Shown one piece after another: positions 47,512 to 58,730 of a stretch of DNA of 64,000 bases. Each line of letters begins with the position of its first letter. Position 1 is the stretch's first letter. The stretch covers positions 2,356,001 through 2,420,000 of the forward strand of contig OZ281500.1 in assembly GCA_965637545.1 (NCBI GenBank), given 5' to 3'. The position numbers and the translations under genes are program-made. The notes under the pieces are model-generated. The model saw only the letters and a list, made by a program, of their open reading frames with translations, did not search any database and was not told the DNA's origin. The DNA is from Phallusia mammillata (Eukaryota).

Positions 47512-50355
47512 CTAAACAAATGTAATTTCTAAGTCTTCGTTAAAAAAATTCTCAGCATGGTAAAATATGGAGGGAGTGTGATGATACGGTAGTGTTGTTT
47601 CGACTTTTAACTGCCGTTCGCAACGTGCAAATATGTTGGCAATGGTAACAAAATTTTCTTCAACACAGCAATTCTCATACACAAATTGACAAAGTTTAAT
47701 TCCATGTTTTGCGGCAGCAAGTCCTTCTTTGTATCGTTTTACTTTGAATAAAATTGCTGCAAGACCAAGGGCAACACGTACCGACAATTTCACCGATTTT
47801 TGGCAACCCGAGTAAAATGATAAATGAAACGACTTTTTGGCAAACTTAACTGCATAGTGGAGTTGGCCATCCTTATAATAGAACTTAAAAATTTCATGAT
47901 AAATAAGACTGCAGAATTCAGAGTATTCTTTTACACAGAGCCCCGTGTCATTTTTTTTACGAAGCAATTCTATCTTTTCCTGCCAAACATGTTTTAAGAA
48001 ACTTTGTGCTTTTGATAAACGACCCAGTTTTTTCAGGCATGCATATTTCTGATGAGCAAACAAGACAATGCTTCTTCCTTTTTCGTTGAAAAACTTACAC
48101 TTCCACGATTTGTCAAGGTAAACAAGGGCTTCTTCATATCTCTTTAAGCCAAATAGAATGAAACCTCTATCATAAAGTGCCCTACTTAGTAGTTGGTCGG
48201 TTTCCTCTCGCACATGCAATTTTCGTCTTTCTGATATTAATCTTTCATTAACCGAAAGAGCATTGTGATAACAACTTAAACGAAGAAGACATGTTGTGTA
48301 GTCAGCCAACAGTCCAGTATACTGGCGAATGTCTGCGGGTTTGGAAAGTCTGTCTTTTCTATCGTTGTATGCAAGCTTGAAGTAATATTGCGCTTTTTCG
48401 TCGTCATGAAGGCCGTAATAACACTTTCCCATACATGTGTTGATATCTACTATTGATACGGATTGCATTCCTTTAGAATGGACCTCAAATAAATTTCTTG
48501 CATATTCCAAAGCCTCTTCGTATTTGTTCAATTCAATTAGGCATAAGCAGCATTGTTTCATGTGATAAGCACAAATATCGGTTAAACCAGGCGAATCGAG
48601 TCTTGCTAATTCATCTTCACTGACCTTCAGGCCTTCTTTGAATTTGCCCATATTACTCAAACAACCAGCGTACAATAACTGCAATTCTCTGCGTTGTTCT
48701 TCATTTTTACACATATGCAGGTTTTTGCATTCTATCAACAACTTTGAAGCCAATTTGTGCATTTGCAATATACAAGCAAGCTTTGGTGCTTCCAATGGCG
48801 ATTCCACAAAATTGATTTTTTTCCTTCTATCCCTTTTTAAGTATTCAACAACATATTTTTGAAGAGATAATGAGACGTTTATTCCATCTACTACCGCTCT
48901 GCATCCAACTGTTTTTGTAAAGTCCTCCATATTTGATGGCTCGCCGAAATACGTTTGGGGATACAAAATGTCATTTTGACCTGACGTCGTGCTGTACCAC
49001 CTTAAACGCATTTCACATGCAACTGCCAACGAAAATTGCAGTTTTCCATGTATTGTCTCATCCAAAATAGCACGATCTCTCAATTCATCAAGAATATCAA
49101 AACAGGTTAAATTCTTACAGTTGTACAAATGACCTAATGGTAAAATGAAAAGAGAGCATCTCCTTAATGCCACTCGTTTGATATCTATTTTGTGAAGTGA
49201 AAACATTTTCACATTGTATAGTTTATAATCTTTTTCAATATTTTGTTGAACTCGTTGGTTAAAACTAGGGATCTGATTTAGCTTGTGTTGAATTTCTAAT
49301 TCAAATTCATTGAAAACAAAATAATCACCGTATACAAAGCAAGTTGTGGTCAACATATCTGCTAAATGATATCCGTTTTTTAAATCCTCTTCTGTTTCCA
49401 AGTACTTCACCATCTCACTGACTGGTTTAATAAGCTCAGTTGTCCACGGCTTCTTCTGTGTCTTCGTTTGTCTTCCCAATGGATTCTTACTTGCTTGAGG
49501 TGCAAATCCATCAGGACAAATTCCACATGGAGTATGTGCGTCATAATACCAATCCTTTTCTTTATTTAACGGATTATTAAGACATGGAATAGCCAAGAAT
49601 TTAAGTATAGTTTCTCCCAGACGAACTAATATCACTTGGAAAACAGTTGCAAACCATCGAAAATATTCCAAACTTTTTGGGTATTTTGAGTAATTCTGAA
49701 TTCCTTCTTCTAACACAATAATGCTCTCAAAGTCAGAATAAGGAGTGACCTCTTTATTGGCCAATGAACCCATTCCTACCAAAGCAAACTTACAAGGTGC
49801 TTTTCCCATTATGTCAACAGTGTGTCTTCCAATAAGACCCATTATTTGCTTGTATGTTTCAGTAACATAATCCTGTATGTCCTTTACTTGCTTAACTCTT
49901 TGCCTCCGTATTGCATTAAGCTCTTCTCCTTTTAAGTCGTCAGACATTGGTTTCAGCTCACTAAGTTTATCATTTGTGTTTTCACGAAGTACTTGAATTT
50001 GTGCTTTGGTTTCGGCAACAGCTTTACTCACCAGCTCTGCATCTGGGTTTGCAGCATTAGCCAACGTCATAATATGCATGCACACGTCATCAAGATCTTT
50101 TCTAATGTCATCTGCATTTTCGGGTTGCCTTAACACAGCTGATGTCATTAAAGCAACACTTTGAATGAGACTGATGTTATCTGGACTTTTCTCTTTGTAC
50201 GCAAGTCCTAACTGATGCAAAGTTTTTGCTGATTCCCTTGGTTCAATTTCCACTCCATTGTCATAACATTGTTTTCTCAACTTAGTTGCTAAATCGCTGA
50301 TGACTACTTCTGTTATTATATCGTTTAAGCAATCGTACGAATCTTTGCATAGCAT
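47512..50355 (-). CDS. NTase-TPR protein, copy 8 (947 aa from MLCKDSYD)
   Basis: The ORF track starts at a GTG (50403); the first in-frame ATG, homologous to other copies, is at 50355. GSLANKEVTPYSDFE, TPRs and PSIFYHA present. Confidence 0.9.
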   Translation of the reverse strand: MLCKDSYDCLNDIITEVVISDLATKLRKQCYDNGVEIEPRESAKTLHQLGLAYKEKSPDNISLIQSVALMTSAVLRQPENADDIRKDLDDVCMHIMTLANAANPDAELVSKAVAETKAQIQVLRENTNDKLSELKPMSDDLKGEELNAIRRQRVKQVKDIQDYVTETYKQIMGLIGRHTVDIMGKAPCKFALVGMGSLANKEVTPYSDFESIIVLEEGIQNYSKYPKSLEYFRWFATVFQVILVRLGETILKFLAIPCLNNPLNKEKDWYYDAHTPCGICPDGFAPQASKNPLGRQTKTQKKPWTTELIKPVSEMVKYLETEEDLKNGYHLADMLTTTCFVYGDYFVFNEFELEIQHKLNQIPSFNQRVQQNIEKDYKLYNVKMFSLHKIDIKRVALRRCSLFILPLGHLYNCKNLTCFDILDELRDRAILDETIHGKLQFSLAVACEMRLRWYSTTSGQNDILYPQTYFGEPSNMEDFTKTVGCRAVVDGINVSLSLQKYVVEYLKRDRRKKINFVESPLEAPKLACILQMHKLASKLLIECKNLHMCKNEEQRRELQLLYAGCLSNMGKFKEGLKVSEDELARLDSPGLTDICAYHMKQCCLCLIELNKYEEALEYARNLFEVHSKGMQSVSIVDINTCMGKCYYGLHDDEKAQYYFKLAYNDRKDRLSKPADIRQYTGLLADYTTCLLRLSCYHNALSVNERLISERRKLHVREETDQLLSRALYDRGFILFGLKRYEEALVYLDKSWKCKFFNEKGRSIVLFAHQKYACLKKLGRLSKAQSFLKHVWQEKIELLRKKNDTGLCVKEYSEFCSLIYHEIFKFYYKDGQLHYAVKFAKKSFHLSFYSGCQKSVKLSVRVALGLAAILFKVKRYKEGLAAAKHGIKLCQFVYENCCVEENFVTIANIFARCERQLKVETTLPYHHTPSIFYHAENFFNEDLEITFV

Positions 50356-51720
50356 TTCTTGTTTGTGTTTGACGTTACAGCTTTCGTACAAAACCACAAA
50401 CACATTTAAGTTTGTTGATATGTTACTTAGTTTAACTAATCACCCTGTTGAAAAACAAGAGCGATTGTATATCCTTTAGCCAGGTTCACCATTTTATTAT
50501 TCATTCTGATTTAGCACTGAATAAATTCAAAATCTGTTTCTGGGCGTTAATGCTACCTGACAGTTTAACTGGTGAGCTGCTTGTACATTGTGCTGGATAA
50601 ATATGATTGTCCAATAAAGCTTTTGGTTAATGATTTACGTTGAGTAAACCTATAACGCCTCGCTTGACAACTGAACATAAAGCGGTCTCGGGGAACATTA
50701 AAGAATGGTTCATCACAAAAGCATACCACATGGCTTACTGTTTGGCTTCGAGTGAAGTTCTACAAAATTTAAGATTATCTGAACTGACAAAATGCGTGGT
50801 TACCAACCTTTGTCGACGAATTCCTCCCTTAACAATTCAAACATTTTTATCCCTGCCCAATAGACTACATAGTATAGATGCTATACAAAGATCATTAAAA
50901 TTTAGGTCTTTTTTTCTTGATAGGTTATATTCTGAGAGCTGAACTGTGTATTTACGCACCACATTTCCTCCTAGGTTGGAAACCATTGACCTACACAATT
51001 TCAAGTTAATACAATGTTACATAAAAAAATGTTCTCGACAGGTCATAAGTACGACCTAAGTTTTTTCCAACACGCTTTACAGACGCAGGATGGCCCCACT
51101 AAACGTTTTTATACTTTTCGATAGATACAACCTCAAAAAACTTACGCTGGGAACTAAATGAAAGGGATTGTACAACGTACATCGGCCACAAGCACAACGT
51201 TTTATGCCTGCATCGAAATCGACAGGTTAACGTTCTTATGGATGTTTTTAGACGACCGATTGTCCCAGCTCATCCTTTCTGTTTTGCAACAGGGCGTACC
51301 AGTTGCCGCGCACACACCAACGCAAAACACTTGCTGCCGGGGTTGTATGCGGCACGTACTTTCCTTACACTAGCGGACTTATTTTTTGCTTACTGAGTAC
51401 ATTTAGTGGCTGTGTACTTTAAAGTTGGCATCAGTGTAAAACACGAGTTTGGTGGATATAGTAGTTTGTTTACCTTTACGTTTGTGCACTTGGACCATTA
51501 GTTCCAGGGGCCATATTAGGGCAAATGGGCATAACAGTCAATGGACTTACCCCTGACTTATACCTTTTTCACGATTGTAATCCTTCCCATTGATCTATGC
51601 CCTTGGGACGGTATTGTTCAGGTTTTATCACTGTTAACTAAAACTGTTGGTTTGTTTCTGTTATTGGTGTTGTACAGATGCAAATCAAACGTATTTTTAC
51701 TTGATGAAATGTTGTTAAAT
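50356..51720. repeat. 5' flank of copy 8, paralogous to the 5' flank of copy 9 (~61662-63050)
   Basis: Colinear shared blocks, e.g. GCTACCTGACAGTTT.ACTGGTGA and AAAACACGAG..TGGTGGATATAGTAG...GATTGTAATCCTTCCCATTGATCTATG. Confidence 0.85.
50445..50556 (-). other. Predicted 5' UTR intron of copy 8 (112 nt)
   Basis: CAG|GTAGCA donor at 50556 and TCTTGTTTTTCAACAG|G acceptor at 50445. Both are conserved in copy 9. Confidence 0.6.
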
Positions 51721-52419
51721 AGATTTGTGTAAGTGACTGTGTACCTTGAATAATGCAACCATTAGATGTTAGTAGTGAAACTGTGTTTAATTGTTTTTGT
51801 GTCTCTACCTCAAACCAACAGAAGCCAAAAAATAAGTTTTTTTAAAAAAAAACTTTGTGCCAAGGCTATTGCTCTTTCGTAAATTGCTTTTGACCAGTAT
51901 ACATATATGTTTCAAGCTATATGGAGCTATATGGCTATATGGCATGTGTTATACACGTTGTGCTCACGAATTATAAACCCTCGTATTCAGGGAGTCTAAC
52001 GGCTCCTTGTATAGATTGAGGTTCGAATTCTTGTTCGAATTGAGGTTCCAGCTAATGAGAATTAGTTTGTCTGTGGGATTGACAATGTAAACAAATATAA
52101 GTTTACAACACTGTTATGCCTTTACAAGTTTAATAGTGTATGATAACATAAGCTTTGTACAGTTTAACTATTAATAGTTCATTCAAAATACAAACAGAAA
52201 ATTGGGCAATCAAACGCCGGAGAAATAATGTTGATATAAATTTCCAGAAACTTTAGTAAACTAATTCGAAACACTAATGCAAAGAATTATTGTAGAAAAA
52301 CAAAGAATTTTTGGACAAGTGTAAACGTTTGTGCTTTCAAATTAGACAATTATTAAACTTTTATCATTAAAATTCATGTAATTGTTTTTTACCAAGCTAA
52401 CCAATTTTAACTTATTTGT

Positions 52420-53444
52420 TTACAAACGACAAAGGGGCACAGGGCGTCCATAAGTCTCGCGTGTTGTGAACATCCCGATATCAAGGGGAACCCGTTTAGA
52501 TTTGGTCGAAACAGTCCATCCGATACCAGTGTCACTCGAAGGATGGCTTTGATACCATTGTGTATAAACGTTTCCACCACTGGAACTCACAGTATTTCCA
52601 TTCTATGAGTAAACATCACCAAATAGTAAACTCAAATCCAAAATCCACAAGGTTTTTTTGGTGCTTGAAGTTGAATTTGGCAAAGTGACATAGTAGGCCT
52701 AGTGTAACTCAATAGTTTATTCTTTTATCAATGGGTTCCGGTTTTATGCAAAAAAAATGAAATTGAAATGGTATAAGTGGGTTTTACAGTGTATGCATGT
52801 AGACCTATCACAATGCAGTCTACCTGGTGCATAGAAGCAAGCCACACGTCGACATAATCGAATGTCGGTTGATCAACGTACATTATCCATACTTTCTGTA
52901 TGTACTTGAAAAGTACATCATAGATTTCAGAAGTTTCTATATCAACCAATGTAGCTCCGTATGAGCTGCAAACACTCGCGGCTGCTGACTTTCCACCGTT
53001 ACTGGCTGTTTCTACAATCGATGGTAGCCAATAGCAATGACCTCTGTACACAACTCCTGAACATATTCTTTTTTCTGCCATTAAAAACATGTTTAAGGAT
53101 TTTTTTTATAACCTGTAGTTGCAGTCGTAAATACAAAATATAATTGACCGTTGTTATAGTCATGTCATACCGTTTATTATTTCCTCGATACGATGATCAA
53201 TTCTGGTCCAGTTTACCATAGGTTCAGGACCAGTAGCTCCTTTCAAACCTTGTGGTCCTTGTTTTCCGGGTCTGCCTGGAGGACCCCGTATTGTTGACTG
53301 GTTCGAAGGAATTGACAATTGGGACACAAACAGCGAGTCAAGGGGTCGGCAAACTAAATAATTCTGTTGGTGATTCAAATGGCTATAACACTTGTATACA
53401 ACTATCAAGAGGAGAGTTAGCCTACATAACACGTACAGAGGCAT
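52420..53444 (-). CDS. Collectin-like secreted protein: signal peptide + 7 Gly-X-Y triplets + C-type lectin-like domain (235 aa, 3 exons)
   Basis: Exons 53444-53171 (G|GTATGA, phase 1), 53074-52824 (AATGGCAG|AA, CAG|GTAGAC, phase 0) and 52602-52420 (CTCATAG|AAT...CRL TAA) splice in frame to 708 nt. Sequence includes MPLYVLCRLTLLLIVVYKCYS, GPPGRPGKQGPQGLKGATGPE, ICSG..RGHCYW..A..VC..YGATLVDIET..IYD.L..YI..VW..VWL..W...PLC. Confidence 0.88.
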
Positions 53445-54589
53445 CCTGTCTAGTTAATAAATCAACACGCGCTGTTGCGTTGCTTAAACAGAGTGACTGG
53501 CAAAAACGATTCGACGAAACACAGCAAAAGTTGATGTTCAAGCCAACCCACTTTATGTATAAATTTAGAAGTACTGCGGCATGTTTGACATTTCAATCGT
53601 CGTACTACTACATATTTGTTGGCCAAGTGGCGCCAGTCTGTATTAGAACGATTGCTGCACAGGATTTTCTTGCACGAATTGCAGCATTTCGAATGACGCA
53701 AATGACTTCAAGTTGGTGATTTTTTTATTGAATTACAAAAACGTCGCTGACAAAACATAAATGTAGCCCACTTTGCTTGTTAAACTTCATGATGTAAAGT
53801 ACCTTAAAAGTTTTTATCATTTCCGACGTTTATTCGTTAACAACTAAAATCACGTTTGTTTGGAAAACATATTTTTATTGCAGTGTAAATATTTCGCAAC
53901 TTAGGGGATCTCCGGTGGTATTTCAAGTTTTCACAGCGCGCAGTTTCGAAATTCTGTGATTTTGTCTGGGATAAAAGTCAAAAAACGTATATATATATAT
54001 AATATACTTTGAGGGAAAAAATGAGTAAACGAGACAATAGTTTGCACTTGCAGGCAGAAACAAAACTCAGGGACATTTAAGAAATGTTTATTTTGAATAA
54101 ACACTTTGTCTAGTTTTTGCTAATGTTTAATTGTACCATAGATTTGCACAAAATAGGTGTCTCTTTTTTGTCTAATACTGACCAGCGTTTAATTGGTAGG
54201 TTTTGATGATACAAAAAGGTTTTCATGTTCGAAAAATAATTTTGTATAAAAGTGTTGCAATTGGTACCTCAAAACAACCAAACCTTAGTTTTTAAACATT
54301 GTTAAGTTCCTAAACTTTTCAATCCATTATCATAATGGTGGTAGGAAAATATAAAAACATAAAACTTTGTGCCTGTGTTATTTATACCTGCAACAAAACT
54401 TATAATTGGTATATCTGGCAGTGGCACGAATATTGTAAACCATTATGACTATAATTATAAATATTTAGGTTGCTTTAACCCAAGTTGGGATAGTCAATAT
54501 GTAGGGTCACAAACTGGCCTTGAGCTGTGAAGTGTTGTCTGGGAATGGGGTGGCTTCTAAAATATTCAGGATTGCTTGGATCATTTGTG

Positions 54590-54850
54590 TTGTTTGGTGC
54601 ATTATTATCACCACTTGGTGCACCTTTATACTGCTCACTTAGTGCGGCCTTACACCACTTGGTTCACCTATACGTCACTTGGCACACCTTTCTATTACTA
54701 GATAAAGTTGCACCTAGCATTTTAAAGTTGCACCAAGCGATATAAATCAGCCCAAGGGCTATATAGGTGCACCAAGTGATATTAAGGTGCAAAAAGTTGT
54801 CCACATTATCCTATATATTTTAGATGCACCACTGGGAATAGGTGTACAAA
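54590..54850. repeat. Degenerate foldback/inverted array of CACTTGGTGCACC-like motifs (probable decayed MITE)
   Basis: CACTTGGTGCACCT (54612-54625) and variants at ~54656 and ~54677 face the reverse-orientation AGGTGCACCAAGTG (54765-54778), with further GTTGCACC/GTGCACC variants. No clean TIR or TSD found. Confidence 0.45.
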
Positions 54851-56923
54851 ACATCATTATAACTATAAGACATAACTATAGCTAGTAGTTCTGCCCGTGA
54901 GAAACAAATACATAGTTAAAATTAATGTACATGAAATCGGAATATAGGTACCTATTGTTAAAGTTTTGTACTCTTTGTTATGTAACTATTTCAGTAGCTG
55001 CAGATGAGGTTTAACAAACTTTATTAGCCACCAGTTTTACTTATATAATATACGTTCAGTTGTTTGACTTGCAATTGAAAGTTGTAAAGTTTATGAGGTT
55101 TGTGTTTTAAAGTTTAGTTTGTCTGTTGAAATAGTTGTGATCACTGTGATAAATTAAAATGAGAAAAGTGGTTACAGCATTTATCCATACTCCAACTTGT
55201 CTGTACTGACTGAAAACGTTTGTGGTTTAAAATAATATGGACAGTTGTTGTAATAAAGTACACAAGAAAGCAAATTGGCAGCATTTTTGAAAAAAGTATA
55301 GAAATTTTATTACTCATACATACCATGATGAAAACCATTGTCATAATTATTGAAATACTACAAAAGCGTGTTTATTAAGAATAATGTAACAAAAAAAGAG
55401 ATCAATGATCATTTTAATGCTCTTGTTTTTGTTTCTGCACTTTTTAACTGATAACGGCAATTGTTTTTGTTGAAGCTAAAATGTTAATGTTTTATCCTAC
55501 AGTAATGTCATAACAAGGTTTTAAACATTTACCCATGAATATTGTAGATAAACTTGGGTAGTGCTTTTTTTGTTTAGTTAGCCATAATGTTTTGGTGTCT
55601 GTAAATGAAAAGCTATGGGTCCACTTTTTGGAGTAACAGTAGTGTTTTTATTGTGCTGGTGTTTAGAGTCCTTGCAATTGCAGTAATATTTGTGAAGATG
55701 CTGGCCATTGTTTGCATGTTACATTCAATTTTATGTTATATAAATAACTTTTTTTTCATTAACCAGTAATAGTTTGTTGCAGCATAATGTGGATATGACT
55801 GTTGTAAAAATGCATAGCTTTTCACCAAATACAATTTTGTTAACCACGAGGCCTTCCAAGACTGGATTATTTTATGTGCAACTTGGTTAATACAGAAGCT
55901 AAGTGGACACAGGTAAGTTAAAATCTGTACAAGTTTTTTTTAATTATTACAGTGTTGACAAACTGTAGGTTACAGTCTGATTGTGAGGCCCGGGTGTCAC
56001 TTAACAATGCCTAATAAAGGTTTTAAAGTATTTAGGTTTGAAAATGATGGAACTAAAGCATTATGCTATTTATGAATTTTTAGTTAATAGCTGATATTAC
56101 ACACATGTCATGTGACTTTTTTGTATGTCTATTTGTTTAAAGTTACAACACCTTAAATATGTAAATACAAATGAATCCCTTTAATTGCATACTGATTATT
56201 TGCACACTTAATTTTATTGCATAGGCATGGTGATACCATTGCATCAGTTGTCTAGAATATTTCCTGTTTATTTAACCATATGATAAAGTTATTCACATAA
56301 AAAGCTCTGCAAATAGGTTAAATGGGTAACCACATATACATAAATTGTCTTTTTTTACAAACTATAGACCTAAACGTGAATTTGATTGGACGAATGTTGT
56401 AAGCAAGGGTAGACTCAATTTGACCAGTCAAATTTGTGTTAAAAGTGAACAGTTTGTAAAAATCATGTCATAGGGATTTATAGCACATTTGAAACCCTGT
56501 GATAAAAGGTTGGTACACAGTATGTAAAATGTTGGCTACCTGCTTTACATCATTTTTTTCATCACATGTTACACTAATAATCACATGTTGCTATTTATCT
56601 CATGTTACACTAACTTTGCCGCTGATTTAAAGATCATAAATTGGAAACTTTTAAACATTAAATCGATTATGGTAATAAAGAAGTTTTACATTCATATTTG
56701 GGAGTTTGCCTGCAATCAGATTTAATTAAACAACATTATTTTTTAACAGCAGGTTTTGTAACAAGTTTTATGTCAATAAACTTTTTTAACCAAACTTTAC
56801 TTTGCTTCTTTTCCTGTTGCTTGGGTTTATTTTTTCTCAGTGTTTGAAGCAAATTAAAAAAAACCTGTTTTGTGTTGTTTTAAAATAATTTATACTCCTG
56901 TTATTTCCAGAAAGGTTTTAGAC

Positions 56924-57241
56924 CAGGGGTGGGCAACCTTTGTCGCTGTGGGGCCAAATACAATTGCTATGATTAGATCGCAGGCCGCACCTTTATGACA
57001 CAAGGTGATTTTACTTCGTTGCATACCAAAAATGCCCTACTACAAGTAAAATTCGCATTTGTTTCTAGCAGCATATTGTCAGGTCGCCGAAAAATAGCAC
57101 CGAGCGCACTATAATCTGCTCAAAAAATATTATATTTGGACTCGTTTGCCGGGACATTTGAAATCCAAGCGTCTCTGCGGGCTGCACAACCTTTAATCAA
57201 GGGCCGCATATGGCCTGCGGGCCGCAGGTTGCCCACCCCTG
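56924..57241. mobile_element. hAT MITE (318 bp) with perfect TIRs and 8-bp TSD
   Basis: TIRs CAGGGGTGGGCAACCT / AGGTTGCCCACCCCTG. Identical flanks TTTTAGAC at 56916-56923 and 57242-57249. Confidence 0.95.
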
Positions 57242-57719
57242 TTTTAGACACTCTTTGATGTAAAATATAATCTTAGTTGCCATAAATTTTGGTTTAAGCA
57301 GTGACATTAGTGGGTTATATACTGTAGGTAATTGACAATGTCATCTGTTACATATATATAAATCTATTTTTACCTATAGACATCTTGGAAAGTAAAAAAG
57401 ATGTGTTAAGTGGCATAAATGGACTGGGTATAAGCAGAACATCATTCCCACTTTGAAATTAGTCTTAACCTATGCAGCATTTATTTTATGCATATTCTTT
57501 ATTCTTGTCTTTCAGTTCTTTTATTTTTAAGTAGCCTGTAGTTACTGACTAAGCATACATTTCTGTTTATTTCGTGAAGTGTTTACTGGCTTAAAAATTG
57601 AACATAATTAGGACTTAATCATTTGGCTTCTACTTCCAGATAGTTTGCGTGGTTCTGATTTAGTTTAAACCTATTCGAGTACTTGGGCTGTTTGCCTGAA
57701 TAAAAACTAACTGAGGAAT

Positions 57720-58730
57720 TGTTTGGCTACACAACTGTTGTGGTGGCTGGTCTATGGAAGGTCTATTAACAAGCGTAGACTGGCCTAGTTTTAAAGCTTT
57801 ACCACCCTCCTTTAAACTTGGATGTAAATAGTTCAGGTTCTAACATGCATATTCCATTTGCTGCTTTTTGCTTCGTCCTTTATCAGGTTTACAAAGTGGC
57901 AACTATAGTGGCTATTTGTGTTTTGCAGTAGCATTTTGCCAATGATTTTTTTGCCTAATCAGTAAATGTAGAGAATCTTGTTGGATACAACATTAAGTTT
58001 GTATGCTGGAATAACTATGTTCGATTTATTTGTTTACAGAAACTAGTTACTTGCGAACTACGTGCAAAGATTCGTCTCTTTATTTAGCAACAGAAATCTC
58101 CAATCAACAGTAAGTAAATCTGCTTGATAATATTAGTCTCAGTCGCCAACGTTTGGTTGATTTAAATGTGTTTCAAAAAAAGTTTTGCCAATTTGCTAGC
58201 CACGCAATTGTCAAGATGAATTATCACTCTGACTTTGTCAGCAAAAACGTGTTGCACATATTATTTACAAACACTGTAACACAGCGATCGTTTCGGAAGC
58301 GTTTAAATGTGGACTTTAGCACAACAAAAACCCGAAAAGGTATTTACACGAAACAGAAAAGCGCAACAAAGGGGGAAACTTAATGTGTCAAGAAATATGT
58401 GTTGTATTGTCATTTTTAAGCATACGGTTATTTTGTTGATTAAACAACCGTCCCCAGTATTTATCACATATACTTTGTGAAATAAACGTGTTATGCCACC
58501 ATTTCTACCAGTGCGTAACGAACGCTTAGGTATTAAAAAATGCACACAAATCAAGAATATCACAGCTGCAAAAATAACGGAAATGATTCCCACCAAAGTA
58601 AAATAAAGGACAAAGCATCGAAATTTACCGTGCACAAACAATACACAAACAATAATGACAAAATCTACGTATTGCGTGTAATATTATTAGCTTTGACAAT
58701 ACACGTGGTAACACATGGTAATGGTATCAC
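57720..58730. repeat. 3' flank of copy 9, paralogous to the 3' flank of copy 6 (~30780-31822)
   Basis: Colinear sequence, e.g. GTTTGTATGCTGGAATAACTATGTTCGATTTATTTGTTTACAGAA and CACAACAAAAACCCGAAAAGG, in both. Confidence 0.9.
57845..58112 (+). pseudogene. Decayed plus-strand partner unit (signal-peptide-like exon plus 70-nt exon); one of six related copies
   Basis: ATG at 57845 (MHIPFAAFCFVLYQVYKVATI), then TTTGTTTACAG|58040-58109|GTAAGT. Homologues start at 6929, 14342, 23534, 30964 and 46044, with AG/GT-bounded second exons at 14532-14598, 31126-31195 and 46229-46294. Confidence 0.45.

Noticed and set aside
50356-50403. N-terminal extensions of copies 8 and 9 given by the ORF track (MFVVLY..., MCCSFE...)
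   Set aside because: They begin at GTG codons, not used as standard eukaryotic starts; the ATG of MLCKDSYD matches the paralogue starts.
53904-53913. Exact NF-kB consensus GGGGATCTCC upstream of the collectin-like gene
   Set aside because: A rough estimate gives about 1-2 chance matches per window, and no homologous site was seen near the pseudogene copy.
55783-55918. Plus-strand exon-like segment ending CAG|GTAAGT (similar lone donor at ~955)
   Set aside because: All three frames contain stops and there is no paralogous or other support; strong donors occur by chance.
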